A stretch of 64,000 bases of DNA, taken from the NCBI GenBank assembly GCA_965240325.2, contig OZ251230.1, positions 1,736,001 through 1,800,000 on the forward strand, read 5' to 3'. A program made the position numbers and the translations under genes. This DNA comes from Rebecca billardiae RCC1528. Taxonomy: Eukaryota; Protista; Haptophyta. The first letter of the stretch is position 1. Every line of letters starts with the position of its first letter. The notes beneath the pieces were generated by a model. The model searched no databases. It was not told where the DNA came from and saw only the letters and a program-made list of their open reading frames with translations. Positions 20,842 through 32,469 of this stretch are shown here, piece by piece.

Positions 20842-23800
20842 ATGGCGCCGTCGTGCGGCCGGGACTGCGTGATCGACCGCGTGCAGGACGCGGTGCAGCT
20901 GCGCATCCACGCCAGCTTCTACGCCCTCGGCTCGTTCATCGTGCGCCGACCGCTCGTGACGATCGTGCTCGCCGTCGCCGCCGCGCTCGCGTGCGCGAGC
21001 GGCCTCGCCGCGGGCCGCTGGGAGTCGCGCATCGAGTACAGTTATCTGCCGCGATCGATCCCGTCATTCGCGACGTACGAGCGGCAGCTCGAGCTGTACG
21101 GCGCGGCGCCGCGCGTCGAGGAGTTCAAGGCCGAGCCCATCAACCCGTCCGACTCCATCATCGAGAAGCGCTTCCTCCGCGCGCTGCTCGAGATCCACGA
21201 CGAGATTGTGGACTTTGAGGCGCGCGCGCCATCGGGCAAGGCGGTGGCGTTCGAGGACATCTGCGAGGAGCTGTACAAGGACGGCCCGTGCGTGGTGGAC
21301 AACGTGCTCACGGCGACCGGCCTCGAGGACCGGCGCGACCTGCTCAAGACGATGGACCAGCAGCAGATCGACGACTTCATCCGCGAGCAGCGCGACGCGC
21401 TCGAGCGATACCTCGGCGGCGTCGACGTGGACGACAAGGACAAGTCCATCTCCGTGCGGGTGGCGCGCTTCTATTACCTGGTGCGCCAGGTGTCGAACGA
21501 GCCGCAGCCGCTCTTCGGCGCCTCGGACCAGGCGCTCGCCGAGCGGCTCGCGTGGGAGGAGCGCTTCATCGCGATGACAAACAAGGCGGAGGCGGAGGGC
21601 ATGCGGCTGATGGGGATCGCCGGCCGCACGCTGGACGACGAGGTCGCGCGCAACGTGCAGTCGTCGACGCCGATCATGGGCGCGGCGATCAGCTCGATCC
21701 TGGTGTACATGGTCGTGCTGCTCGGCGGGCGCGCGGCCGTTGCCGGCTCGCGCGGCGACGACGGCGCCCGCCCGGCGCGCGGCGCGCGCGCTCTCACGCG
21801 GCTGCTCGCAGACAGCGCGCGCGGGTCGCGCGCGCTGCTCGGGGTGGGCGCGGTCGTCACGATCCTGCTCGCCGAGGCGGCGGGCTTCGGTCTGAGCTGC
21901 GCGCTGGGCGTGCCGCTCACCGACATCAGCCTGATGATCGTCTTCATCGTCGTCGGCGTGGGCGTCGACGACGCCATCGTCGTCGTCGAGTTTGTCAGAG
22001 CAGAGGATCCGTCGCTGCCGGTCGAGACGCGCGTGCCGAGGGCGCTCGCCTCGGCGGGCTCAGCGGTGTTCCTCACGTCGTTCACCAACCTGATCGCGTT
22101 CTGCGTCGCGTCCTGGGTGGACTTCCCGGGCGTGCGCTGGTTCTGCATCGCCGCGGGCATCGTCGTGTTCGTGCTCTTTGTGCTCACCGTGACTTTGTTC
22201 ACCGCGCTCCTCGTGCTCGACGAGCGCCGAGCATGGGCGAGCCGCTGGGACTGCTGCCCGTGCTGCGGCGGCGGCGGTGGCAGCTGCTGCTGCGCGCTGG
22301 CGCGGTCCGGGGGCGAGGACGAGGGCGTGTGGTGCCACGTCGGGCCCGTGCGCGCGGGGGGCGACGGACGGCGCCCCCCCCAGCCCGTGCCAGGGTCCCA
22401 GCCGGTGCCGCCCGTTCCGCTCGCCATTGTGCCAGTTGGCGCGGCCGGCGCGGCCGCGGCGGCCGAGGGCGGCAAGGCCGCGCGGCCGGCAGCGGCGCCG
22501 CGCTCATCGGGGGCGCACGGCGTCTTCAGGCGCGGCGTCGAGGCATATGCGCGCGTGGTCACGCGCCCGGCCGTCGCCGTCGTCGTCGTGCTCGCAGCGC
22601 TCTCCCTCGTGCCGGTCGGGTTTGTGCTCGCGGTCCCGCGGCTCAAGATCGGCGTTGAGTTCGAGGACAACTTTCCGGACGGGGTGCGTGCCGCCCCGGA
22701 CCCCCGAGCCCCGCGCACGGCCACAGCGCGTGCTGCCGCGCGCGCGCGCGCGCGCACTGTGCGGCGCTTCACGCCCGTGCGGCGCGAGCTCACGGCGCCT
22801 TCCACCGCGTCCGCGCCGCGCCGCGCGTCCGCAGTCGTACCTCTCCGAGTACTGGGTGCACACGGACGAGCACTACGAGGGACTGGCAGACAGCGCGCTG
22901 CTGCTGTTCGAGGGGGAGGACTGGGCGGAGGAGGGCGTGCAGGAGCGCGTGCTCAAGATGCTCGACGAGCTGGACGAGTACGACGACATCACGACCGACT
23001 TCAGCGCGTGGCTGCGCGACTACGACCACTACGTGTCGACGCGCGAGGCGCTGATCGAAGCCAAGCTGGACAACGGCACCGCGCCGCGGCGGCACGGCGA
23101 CGGCTTCTTCCGCGACCTGGGCAAGTGGCTGGAGAAGGAGGAACCGCAGTGCTCCAACGACAACTGCACGCGCTTCGTCGTGCCCAGGGCGTACACGAAG
23201 GACATCGTCTGGCGGGGCGAGGGCGACGACCGCCGCATCTTCGCCACGCGCTTCCGCGGCGGCATCCGTACGCCGGACACGCTGCAGGGCCGCGTGGACA
23301 CGATGCGCGCCTTCCGCCGCAAGGTGGAGGCGGAGCGCGACGGGCTGCGCGTCACGCCGTGGGCGTACTACTTCATGTTCTCCGACCGCGACGCGATCAT
23401 CTCGACGCTCATCTTCGAGACCCTCGGCTTCGCCGCCGCCGCCGTGCTCGGCTCGCTCCTCTTCTTCCTGCACGTGCTCACGGTCGGCGTGATCGCGGCG
23501 GGCATCGCGTGCGTCGACGGCGGCCTGTTCGTGGTCATGTGGGTCTGGGATGTCCCGCTCGACGTCTCGGCGTTCATCTGCCTCGCGATCTCGATCGGCC
23601 TGGCCGTCGACTACGTGGTGCACGTGGCGCACGCGTTCGAGCACTCGCCGGGCACGCCGCCCGAGCGCGCGCAGGCCGCGCTTGTCGAGATCGGCGGCGC
23701 CGTGTTCAAGGGCGGCATGTCGACGTTCCTGGGGATCGTCCTGCTCGCCGCCTCGAGCGCGGAGGTGTTCAGAATCTTTGTGCGCGCGCACGCGCGCGCA

Positions 23801-24171
23801 GCGGGGCGGCCGAGCGGCGGCGCGCGGAGGGCGGGAGTGCGCTCGGGCTGGGTGTGGCGCCCGAGCGCTGAGGCCTCCGCTCACGTGCCGATCGCGCCTC
23901 TGTCGCTCACATCCCCGCTGCTGCCGCCGCCCTGCGCACACCGCACGGCCGATGCGCACCTCTGCGCGCGGCACAGTTCAAGATGCTCTTCTCCACTGTG
24001 CTCCTGGCGCTCTTCATCGGCCTGGCGCTCTTCCCCGCGCTCGCAAGCTTGATCGGCGCGCTCATCCCGTCCAAGACCGCAGCTGTGGCGGCCGACGAGG
24101 CGGGTGGACGGCAAGACGACGATGAAGGCAAGACATTCTCGACAGCAGTCGGCGTCGTCGGCGCCAAGTAG
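20842..24171 (+). CDS. Patched/NPC1-like sterol-sensing-domain RND membrane protein, 3 exons
   Basis: GVGVDD (TM4) and SIGLAVDYVVH motifs, two lumenal domains. Introns 22684-22834 (FPDG|SYL) and 23780-23976 (FRIF|FKML) join three ORF-track frames into one Patched-family protein. Confidence 0.9.
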
Positions 24172-25505
24172 GTCGTCACGTACGTCCGAGCGGTACGTCA
24201 GCAGCTAGCTACGGTCACGCTGATGCTGCTGATGATGATGCGGCGGCGCTATATTGTCTATGCGACGACTGCTGCTACAGTCTACATATATCTAGACTAT
24301 CTATATCATCGACGACGACGCGACAGACGACGAGACGCATCCATACTGTATAGTCAGCAGACACTCATCATCACTGATCAGCATGACTCCGCTCGACGAG
24401 TCCGACCGACTCCGAGCCACGTATATTTGCTGATGATTATATTCGCGACGACTTATTCTAGTCTACTGCTTATACACTGCTGAGTAGAATAGTAGTCCAA
24501 TTACGTCGTCGCAGTAGTTACGCCGTCGGTCCTAGTCTTAAGTACTACAATCGATGACAAAATATATGCTGGCACGTCCGAATCCAGTGCCGCGCGACGT
24601 CAATCCGTGCCGCTCGTGGTTTTGATGAGTAGCACGTGCTGTCGTACGCAACTGCGTACACGATGGCTGCGCAAGTCACCATCAGCTCCAGCTGCGCACG
24701 GCTTCACTCCGAGCATCGACGATGTCGATGAGATCGTCGCGTCCAGGTTGTGCGGAGCTCTCGGCTCTGGCCGGATACACGCGCCATATGCAGCAGACGA
24801 AAGCGAGTGATGCCGCACGGGAGACGTTGATGGCTGCTGGGCTAGCTACTTCGCCGTGCGCACGAGACGCACCAAACACCGGGTTCTTTCGACTGCGATG
24901 CAGGATTCACTGACCAGCTGCATTCCCGGAGACTGCTGCCTGTGGCACACCGCGGGCACGGGCGATGTCATCAAGTCCGACAGCAATCGTCATTGGTTCC
25001 GTCCGTGCAGCCGGTAGGAAGCCCGTCGCCTCGAAATGTGCAGAGCAGTTGGCTACAGTATTCGAGGCGTTGTCGAATGGCCGCTTTGGCGACCGTGCCT
25101 CCTTGGCAGCGTTGAGGATGCCCACGCGCAGCGCGTTGGCCCCAGCAGCGATCTGCACCTTGGCGTTTGTACTCACAGAAGGCGGCCGTGGCAGCACAGT
25201 CGAGCCGAGCTGTTGCGTCCACTCGTGATGCTGATCGAGCGCCTCGCGCTCGAGCTGCGCGCGTGCTCCGCGCAAGCGCGCCCGTTCATCCATCGTCGAC
25301 CTCCGCCGCGCTCGTGGCAATTCTCTTCGACCGCCGGCCGCCACTCCAGTATCCACACGACAGGCGTCGTCCGCCACTGTCTTGGCGTCCAAGAAGCCAA
25401 CGGTTGGGGCTCCACATGCTTGATCAACAGTGCTTCCCGGACCGGTCCGGACTTGGAGGACGCTCTCGATGGCGCCCGTCTTGCCGACCGGTGTTGGCAC
25501 TCGCG

Positions 25506-26546
25506 ATGAGGATTAAGCAGCTATGCCGCCTCTGCGTGAACCTTGCCGTCGCCGGTCTATCGCTGGCGCAGCAGCACTCTCCAGCTGATCTGTCTCGGGC
25601 GTTCCAGCACTCCAGGCGGCACCCGCTGCTCTTTGTCCACGTCGGCAAGGCCGGCGGGAGCAGTGTGCGCACATTCATGCAGCAGCACGACATCGCGTAT
25701 CGTCAGGTGCACTTGGTTCGTGTTCGACCGTCGCACCTATGCCCAGCAGGTGCCAACTGTAGTGCCGCGAAAGCCATCGTGCTGCTGCGCGATCCTGTCG
25801 ACCGAGATGCCAGCTCATTCAATTGGCGCCATTTGCAGGGCGGTGGCTCGGGAATTCACAGGGATCGCAAGCAGCAAGTATTCGAGCGTGAGTTATACGG
25901 CTGCTTTGACACCTTTGATCAGTTCGCGCGTGCCGTCACCAACCAGAGCAACGCCTCGCTCACACCGCACTGTGTTGCCCTCGCGCAGCGATCGCTGGGC
26001 TTCGACAACGGCGTCGCACGTGTCCACCTCAACATGGGATATTCATACTACTTCACCGAGCACGTGCTGGACCTTCTGGAGGTTGCGGACGTGCACGCCG
26101 TGCGTATGTCCTCCTTCGACGCCGACGTGAGAGGCGTGCTGCCCTGGGCCCGAGCGGAGACAGCTCTTACCAACTGGAGAGCCGCTTCGGCGAGTTCAGA
26201 GGCGGTGTTCCACGAGAAGCACGAGTATCGCAGAGCAGGCGAGAAGATCGTGAGCGAGGAGGTGGATGCGGCATATGCCCAGGCCCGCCTGGCCGAGTAC
26301 GAGGTCGTCGCACGGCTGCTCTGTCTGAGCAGCAACGTAAATGCGGAACGACGCGTGGCTCCTGAGAAGCCGATACAGCTCGGCCGACTTCGTGTGGATG
26401 CATGTTCCCACGGCGGTGTCGACGCACGAGGCGGTCCCGGGCCCCGCGGGGCTGGCGGTCGCAATGGCAAGCACGCTATCCCACTGAATTTTCAGCTCCT
26501 CAGGCGACGGCATGCTGATCATCTCATGCGCTTCGTTAAATCATGA
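25506..26546 (+). CDS. Golgi-type sulfotransferase (Sulfotransfer_2-like)
   Basis: 5'-PSB motif FVHVGKAGGSSVR, 3'-PB motif LLRDPVDRDASS, N-terminal signal/anchor; ATG at 25506. Confidence 0.75.
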   Translation: MRIKQLCRLCVNLAVAGLSLAQQHSPADLSRAFQHSRRHPLLFVHVGKAGGSSVRTFMQQHDIAYRQVHLVRVRPSHLCPAGANCSAAKAIVLLRDPVDRDASSFNWRHLQGGGSGIHRDRKQQVFERELYGCFDTFDQFARAVTNQSNASLTPHCVALAQRSLGFDNGVARVHLNMGYSYYFTEHVLDLLEVADVHAVRMSSFDADVRGVLPWARAETALTNWRAASASSEAVFHEKHEYRRAGEKIVSEEVDAAYAQARLAEYEVVARLLCLSSNVNAERRVAPEKPIQLGRLRVDACSHGGVDARGGPGPRGAGGRNGKHAIPLNFQLLRRRHADHLMRFVKS

Positions 26547-26647
26547 TGCTGAGTCTGACGATGACGGAGCAGTTCGCCGTGATATATCGATCTGCTGACG
26601 ATTACTATTCACCGCCGTTGACCGCGCGAATGCGAATATAAGTATTA

Positions 26648-28217
26648 TGGCCCGCGGTGCAGGGCGGAGCGCGCAGCGTGGAGCCCGCACCAGCGGGCCC
26701 GAACCACGTTTCAAAAAGATCTTTGATCAAAGAAAAAAGGGACGGGGGACGATTTTCAGGGCTGGAGGAGACCGAGTTTCGATTTTTGAGACTCCCTTAC
26801 AGGTGCATCCTCGTCGAAAAAGGGCGCGTCCGCCGTCTTGAATAGTGAACAGAGGAATCAACGAAACCCGCGCCCAAGTGTGCGAGGCAGGGTAATTGTG
26901 GGTAGACTCTCCTTAATGTAGTGTGACCATAGTAAAATACTATGGCCTCGCCGCTGCAAGATGCCAAGAACGACCGTTGACATAATCGTCCAACCAACTC
27001 CAATAGTGCGAGAGATTGAAAATACCCGCCGCAGCTATCCGCTGGAGTCGTCGCCTCGCCGCCTCGGCCAAGGACTGCCAGCACAGCCGAACGAAAGCGA
27101 ACGGAGGCCGAGGGGCGGCCCGCTGCGGCAGCGCACGATCGTTCAATCCGACGGACTCAGCGCAGGTGCGCGCTGCTGCGGCGGGTATCCCGACGGTCGT
27201 CAGCGTCGCTTTCGTGCCCGCTCACCCCGCGCGCCCCGCCCTGCCGATCCCTCTTCGGCCCAGTCAGTGCGGTTTCCAACCGAGCACCGGACCGCGGACA
27301 CGAATCGATGTCGACGCTCGCGCGCGGAGAGCAGTCGGCGACGGTACGAGGAGGAGACCGCGGGGCATCCTAACGCGTGAATCCATGCGCGCGCCCGCGC
27401 GCGCCACGCCGCACGCCGCGCAGCTGAACTCTCGGCATGTTCAAGCGCGGGCGGTCGCGAGGACGTCGCGGTTCAGCCGCGTCAGTCTCGCCGAGCCTGA
27501 TCTGCAGTGCGGAGCCTTCGCCTGATCCAGTCGGCGTGGTGCGAGCGGGTAGTCTTGGACGTTTTGTCGGGATGTGGAGCAGCCACCACGGCCATCTCGC
27601 TCGCCCAAGCCCTCGCTCGCGCCGTCCATGGCCGAGCTGTGATGGCTCATCCGCGTGCGGCGTGCTGACTGACTGAGTGAGTGACTGGAGCCTCTGGCTG
27701 GACATGATGCAGCGGCGCGGCAAGCAGCGCGCGCAGATCTGCGGGCGACGAGACTGGGCGAGTCCGAGTCGCAGCACGAGCTGGACCACGCGCACATCCT
27801 TTTTGCTCTCGTCCGCCGCATCCGAGCTGTCTCGAGTCTCGACGGCTTGACTGGCGCATGGGCGGGCGTTTCGCGCGCGAGCTCGGAGCTCGGACTGCGC
27901 GCTGACCGTGAGCGGCGGCTCTCACTCACTCAGTGACTGAGAGCCAGCTCTGGCGCTGATGGGCACGACGGATGCCTGACTGCCTGACACGAGAGCCACA
28001 GGCTGATCTGCGAGCGGCGAGTCCGCGCGACGATGGCGAGGTTAGTGGCCGATATGCGACTCCGGGGCGACGCCGCCGGCTGTGTGAGTGTCCGTGGTGG
28101 TCGGACGGAGCGGGTGGCACACCGCACAGACTGTCAGACGGCCGGCACAGACAGACTCTGCACCGCGGGCCCCCAACTACGTTGGTTCTGACGGAAGAGG
28201 ACCGCGGAACGCGGTCA
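26648..28217 (+). mobile_element. Asymmetric-TIR/hairpin element, family 1 copy B
   Basis: Left end T-GGCCCGCGGTGCA; perfect 13-bp inverted copy TGCACCGCGGGCC at 28159-28171; terminal hairpin GACCGCG-GAA-CGCGGTC at 28200-28216. Confidence 0.88.
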
Positions 28218-28290
28218 TAGTATTAGTGACACTGACAGTGACTGCCGAGTCTTAGTCACTCTTATTAGTGCACCGTTGAGCATCTATAGA

Positions 28291-28307
28291 CTCTCTCTCT
28301 CTCTATC

Positions 28308-28393
<86 letters not shown>

Positions 28394-28411
28394 CTCTCTC
28401 TCCTCTCTCTC
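28291..28411. repeat. (CT)n microsatellite
   Basis: Direct observation. Confidence 0.97.
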
Positions 28412-28550
28412 GACTAGTCGTATCTAGATTCTAGCGCATCATCAGGTCATCTACTTAGCATCTAGGCGCATCAATCAGCATCATCGCGCGCGTCGTGCAT
28501 CACGACTATCGTGACAGATGTCGTCCGAACTTCGGTCGTCACGTCTGACG

Positions 28551-31357
28551 TCACATGACCGCGACCATGATCGCGATGAAGATCGTCATCGTGAACGTGA
28601 GCACGAAGGGCGCGCAGAGATACTGCACGAAAATGGCCGTGCTCATCGCCGTTCGGTTCTGCCCGTTGAGCGTGCACATGATCCTGCGGCGGCATGGCGC
28701 GGGCGCATCCGAGCGCAGCGCGCGAGCGCATCGGCTGGAGTGCGGGCGCGTGGCCGGGCGCCCCCACGCGATCTCCTGCGCGCCGGTGCGCGCCGCGCCC
28801 CCATCGCATCACGCGCGCACGCGCGCCGCGCGCACAGGACGTTGTTGGCGGTCGGCGTCGCGGCGACCACGAAGATGACCAGCAGGAACACCTGCTGGAA
28901 CGGGTGCGGGATCGAGCTGACAAAGAAGTTGGTCGTGCCCGCGATCACGAGCGCGATCGCCGGCATCGCGAGCAGCTTGGCGAACGCGATCGCCAGGCAC
29001 GCGCGCGGCGAGATCGCGCGGAAGTCCGGCCCCTTGCTCAGGCTCGCGCCCAGCGTGAGCAGGTTCACAGGCACGGCCGCGTCGCCCAGCTTGGAGATGC
29101 CGCTCAGCAGCCAGCCGAGCGGCGGCGCGGGCGATGACGGGCCCGGCACGAGCGCTGCGCGCGTGAAGGGGATCACGGCGAGGCACAGCCCGAGCAGCGT
29201 CGCGCGCACCGGAGGCACGAGGATCCGATCGATCGCGAGTAGGAGCATCTCCTGCGCACTCCAGAGCGCGCGCCGCGCCGTCGCCACGCGGCCGTGCGAC
29301 GGCTGCGGGTCGGGCTCCGAACGCGCATCGGCAAACTCGGAGGGCTCCGCCGACTCGTCGGCGGCGCTCTCTTCCTCGGGCAGCGACGGCTGGGCTCGGG
29401 GCGTCGGCGGCGCGAGCGCCGCGCCGTGCTGCGAGCCCACGCGCCCCACGCCCATCTCCGCCGCGGAGCGCCCGGACAGATCGTCAGTCACGAGCTCGTC
29501 GCCACCGAACAGGATGGAGGACGCGCGGCGCGGCGGCGGCGGCGGCGGGAGGCCCTCGACGTAAAAGCGCTCCAGCCGCCGGCTGTGCTCGCCGGTGCGC
29601 GGGTCGACGCACTCCACCTCGCGCGAGCGCATCCGCGGCGCCACGCGCGAGCCCGCCTCGCCGTCCGCCACGGCGTTCAGGTGCAGGGCGACGGTTCGCC
29701 GCTCGCCAGGCAGCAGCTCGGGCTCGGGCACCGGCTCGGCCGCGAGCCGCGCGGAGAAAACATCCCAGGGCTCCGAGAAGGCGCGCGCGAGGCGCTGCGC
29801 GGCGGGTGGCAGCCGCGGGGGCGAGTGCGGCGGGGGCCCCGTACCGCTGGCGCCGCCGCCGCCGTTTGACGTGCCCGGCGGCGCCTCGAGCAGCGCGTAT
29901 GCGTTCGCAGCGGTCGACGCGCGCGCGAGCGTGGCGCGCGCCGGCGCGGCCAACTTTGCGCTGGGCTGGAGCACGTCGGTCGGCGGCCCCGGCTGGGCCG
30001 AGACCGGCGTCAGCGCGCCGTTGGCGTCGGCCGCCCTCGCGAGCGCGTCGGCGTCGTCGCTCTCGGCGCCGAGCCCAACCGTCGGCTTGCGCTGCAGCAG
30101 CGACGCCTCCGACGCGGCCGCGCGCCTCCGCCCCAGGAACGGGACGGGGATGGCGCCTGAGAGCAGCGCGTCGCCCACCGCCCACTGCAGCATCGGGTAG
30201 GTGAGCTGGTAGACGGCAAGGTACACGAGCGGGTCGGTCGGCGGGAGCGAGGGCTTCGACGCGCGCAGCTCGCGCACCGCCGGCGACATGAGCGCGTCGT
30301 TCACCACCGAGAGGATGATGATCGGAAGACCCGTCTTGGGCGCACCGAGGCCGCAAGCGAGCACGGGGCAGGGGCACGGGCAGGTGGGCGCGTGCGTGCA
30401 CGCGCGCGCGCGCGGGTGTGGGACGGGCTGGGCGCGCGGGCGGTGCACGGGCCGTGCGCGCGGGGGCGGGGCGGGCTGTGGTGCGGGCACGCGCGTGCAC
30501 GGCCGCACCGAGTTGCCAAAGGCAACCGCCGCGATCATGCCGCGCTCGAAATCGGGCGCTGGCCGGGTGACGATTGCACACAGCATGCCGAGCGCAGCGC
30601 CACACGTGACGTAGACGAAGGGGAGCAGGGCGGCGAGCCAGGCCGAGGCGATCAGGTCGATGCTGGCGGAGCGGACGACGCTGTCGAAGAGCAGGCACGG
30701 GATGAGCAGCCGCGCGGCAATGGCCGACATGGCCTTGGCGCCCTCGGCCGGGATCGCGCCGAGACGGCCGAGCCACAGCCCGCCCACGACGAGCACGCAC
30801 GTCGTGCCGAGGCTCGAGAGCACGCCGACGAAGATGGCGAGGATGCCGCTGCGATCTCCCGACGTGGTCGGCCCGACGTAGAAGTCGTCCGTCGGCCCGA
30901 GCACGTCCGCAGCCGTCAGCGGCGGCGGCGGTGGCGAGTGCGGCGGGCACGGGATCTCGACGCCAGCCGTGGCCTCGGGGATGTTCAAGAGCGGCGGCAG
31001 CGGCGTGTTCACTGGGATGCCGTAGCACTCGCCCGACGCCCCCCCCGACGGGGCGACCTCGGTCGTGCGCAGCCAGGTGTACGCCTGGCAGCGCTCAGCC
31101 TGCGCGCACTCGTGCTCGCACGAATGCGCGTCTTCAAGAGTGCCGAACGCGAGCAGCGTTGGGCGGTGCCGCCCGTGCAGCTCCGCGGGCGAGACCAAGC
31201 TCTTGCCGCCCACGAGCGAGTAGCACGGCAGGGCCGCGCGCGCCCCAGCAGCTGCACACGCCCAGAGGGCGAGATGCCACCCTCGTCGGCTAGAAGCGCC
31301 GCGCCCGCCGCGCCGTGTTGCGTGATGCATCATCGGCGGTCCAAGGTGCGTCACCAT
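28551..31357 (-). CDS. PILS/auxin-efflux-carrier (AEC, Mem_trans) family transporter with N-terminal PAN/apple-like domain, 3 exons
   Basis: LLIPCLLF, AVAFGNS|TGLP, GDAAVPVNLLTLGA and TPTANNV|LIMC motifs. Introns 30335-30508 and 28684-28835; last exon ends ...IAIMVAVM* at 28551. Cys pattern CEHECAQAERCQAYTW...GECY after a signal peptide. Start may be one of the ATGs near 31330-31357. Confidence 0.85.
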
Positions 31358-31444
31358 CGCTTGTGTGTCCGGGGCACATTTTTATCGGAGTCCGGGCTCA
31401 AGCCCCGAATAAAAGCATTTATTTTCAACGCGAGGGAAAATCAC

Positions 31445-31845
31445 TAGCTAAATGCAGACTCATTCTATGATTTAACGACACAGGTAGGACGACGCGGGTC
31501 TCCTGATTCGTCGGCGGCAGTGCCCGATCGTCGACACGAAGTCGGCGTTGGTGGCAGAGCATAGCCTGCACCGCGATCGGATTGCTTGAGCGCGGCCTTG
31601 AGCTGCTGGAGCGCGATCCACCTGCGCTGCGCGGCTCGCATGGCCCTGCTGTGCCCCGAGCGAGGGCGATGATGCAGGTCCGGATGTCAGCTGGCAGTCT
31701 CAGCCGCTGGTAGCAGCTGGTCGAGCCTGCCCCGTGCTCCCTGAGCGGTCGCGTATGCGCAAAACGGGAGAGGCCCCCCGTTCTGAACGTTCTCCAAACG
31801 CGTTTGGGGCCTCGCCGTTCCGAACAGTTTGCTGAACGGCTGTGA
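31445..31845. repeat. Dispersed repeat 'family X' (best-preserved copy)
   Basis: Homologous blocks at 17164-17221 (inverted), 46396-46863 (riddled with insertions) and 32641-32700 / 33688-33749. Confidence 0.7.
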
Positions 31846-32469
31846 GTCCGGATCGCACATGAGTGGTCAGTTGTCATCCGGACTGAGCACTAGCTGTATT
31901 AGTCGCGCGACTGGCAGTCGCGGCGGGCCGTGTGCGACGGCTCAGGGGCCGGCGCCTGTAGACTGACGCGAGCGCTGACGGCCTCGTAGACTTACTACTT
32001 AGAGGAGGCCGACTTCATTAGACATTATGATTAGCCGAGCTATGCTTGGCCTTTATTGACCGGAGGCGATATGACTGATGACTACAATCTGAGCTCAGCA
32101 GCGTGCTCGTCAGCAGCACCGAGCCCGCGTCCAATGCGGCCGCGTACGCCCACCTAGCGGCCCGTAAGGGGCACGGCCCGCCACAGGCGGCGCGGCGGAG
32201 CAGCGACGTGGCTGTGGCAGTCATAATAACGCGCGCGGTATTGACCGCCGCGGACTGGGCCCGCCGCCGCCCGACCCGCCAGTGACCACGTCCACTGACG
32301 ACCGCGGACCACGGTGGTCCGCTGCGAGTCGGGCCGGCACGGCTGCACTGTTATTATTATTAGAGTGTTACGGACAATTACAGGCGGCCTGCGGAACCGC
32401 GGTTAGTCGACTGCCGCTGACTCAGTGAGTCGGACTCTGTCTCTGAGGGCGACTGAGCGTGCAACTACA

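Noticed and set aside
24907-25500. 197-aa minus ORF next to the sulfotransferase
   Set aside because: Non-ATG start, only a few bp from the sulfotransferase ATG, no motifs.
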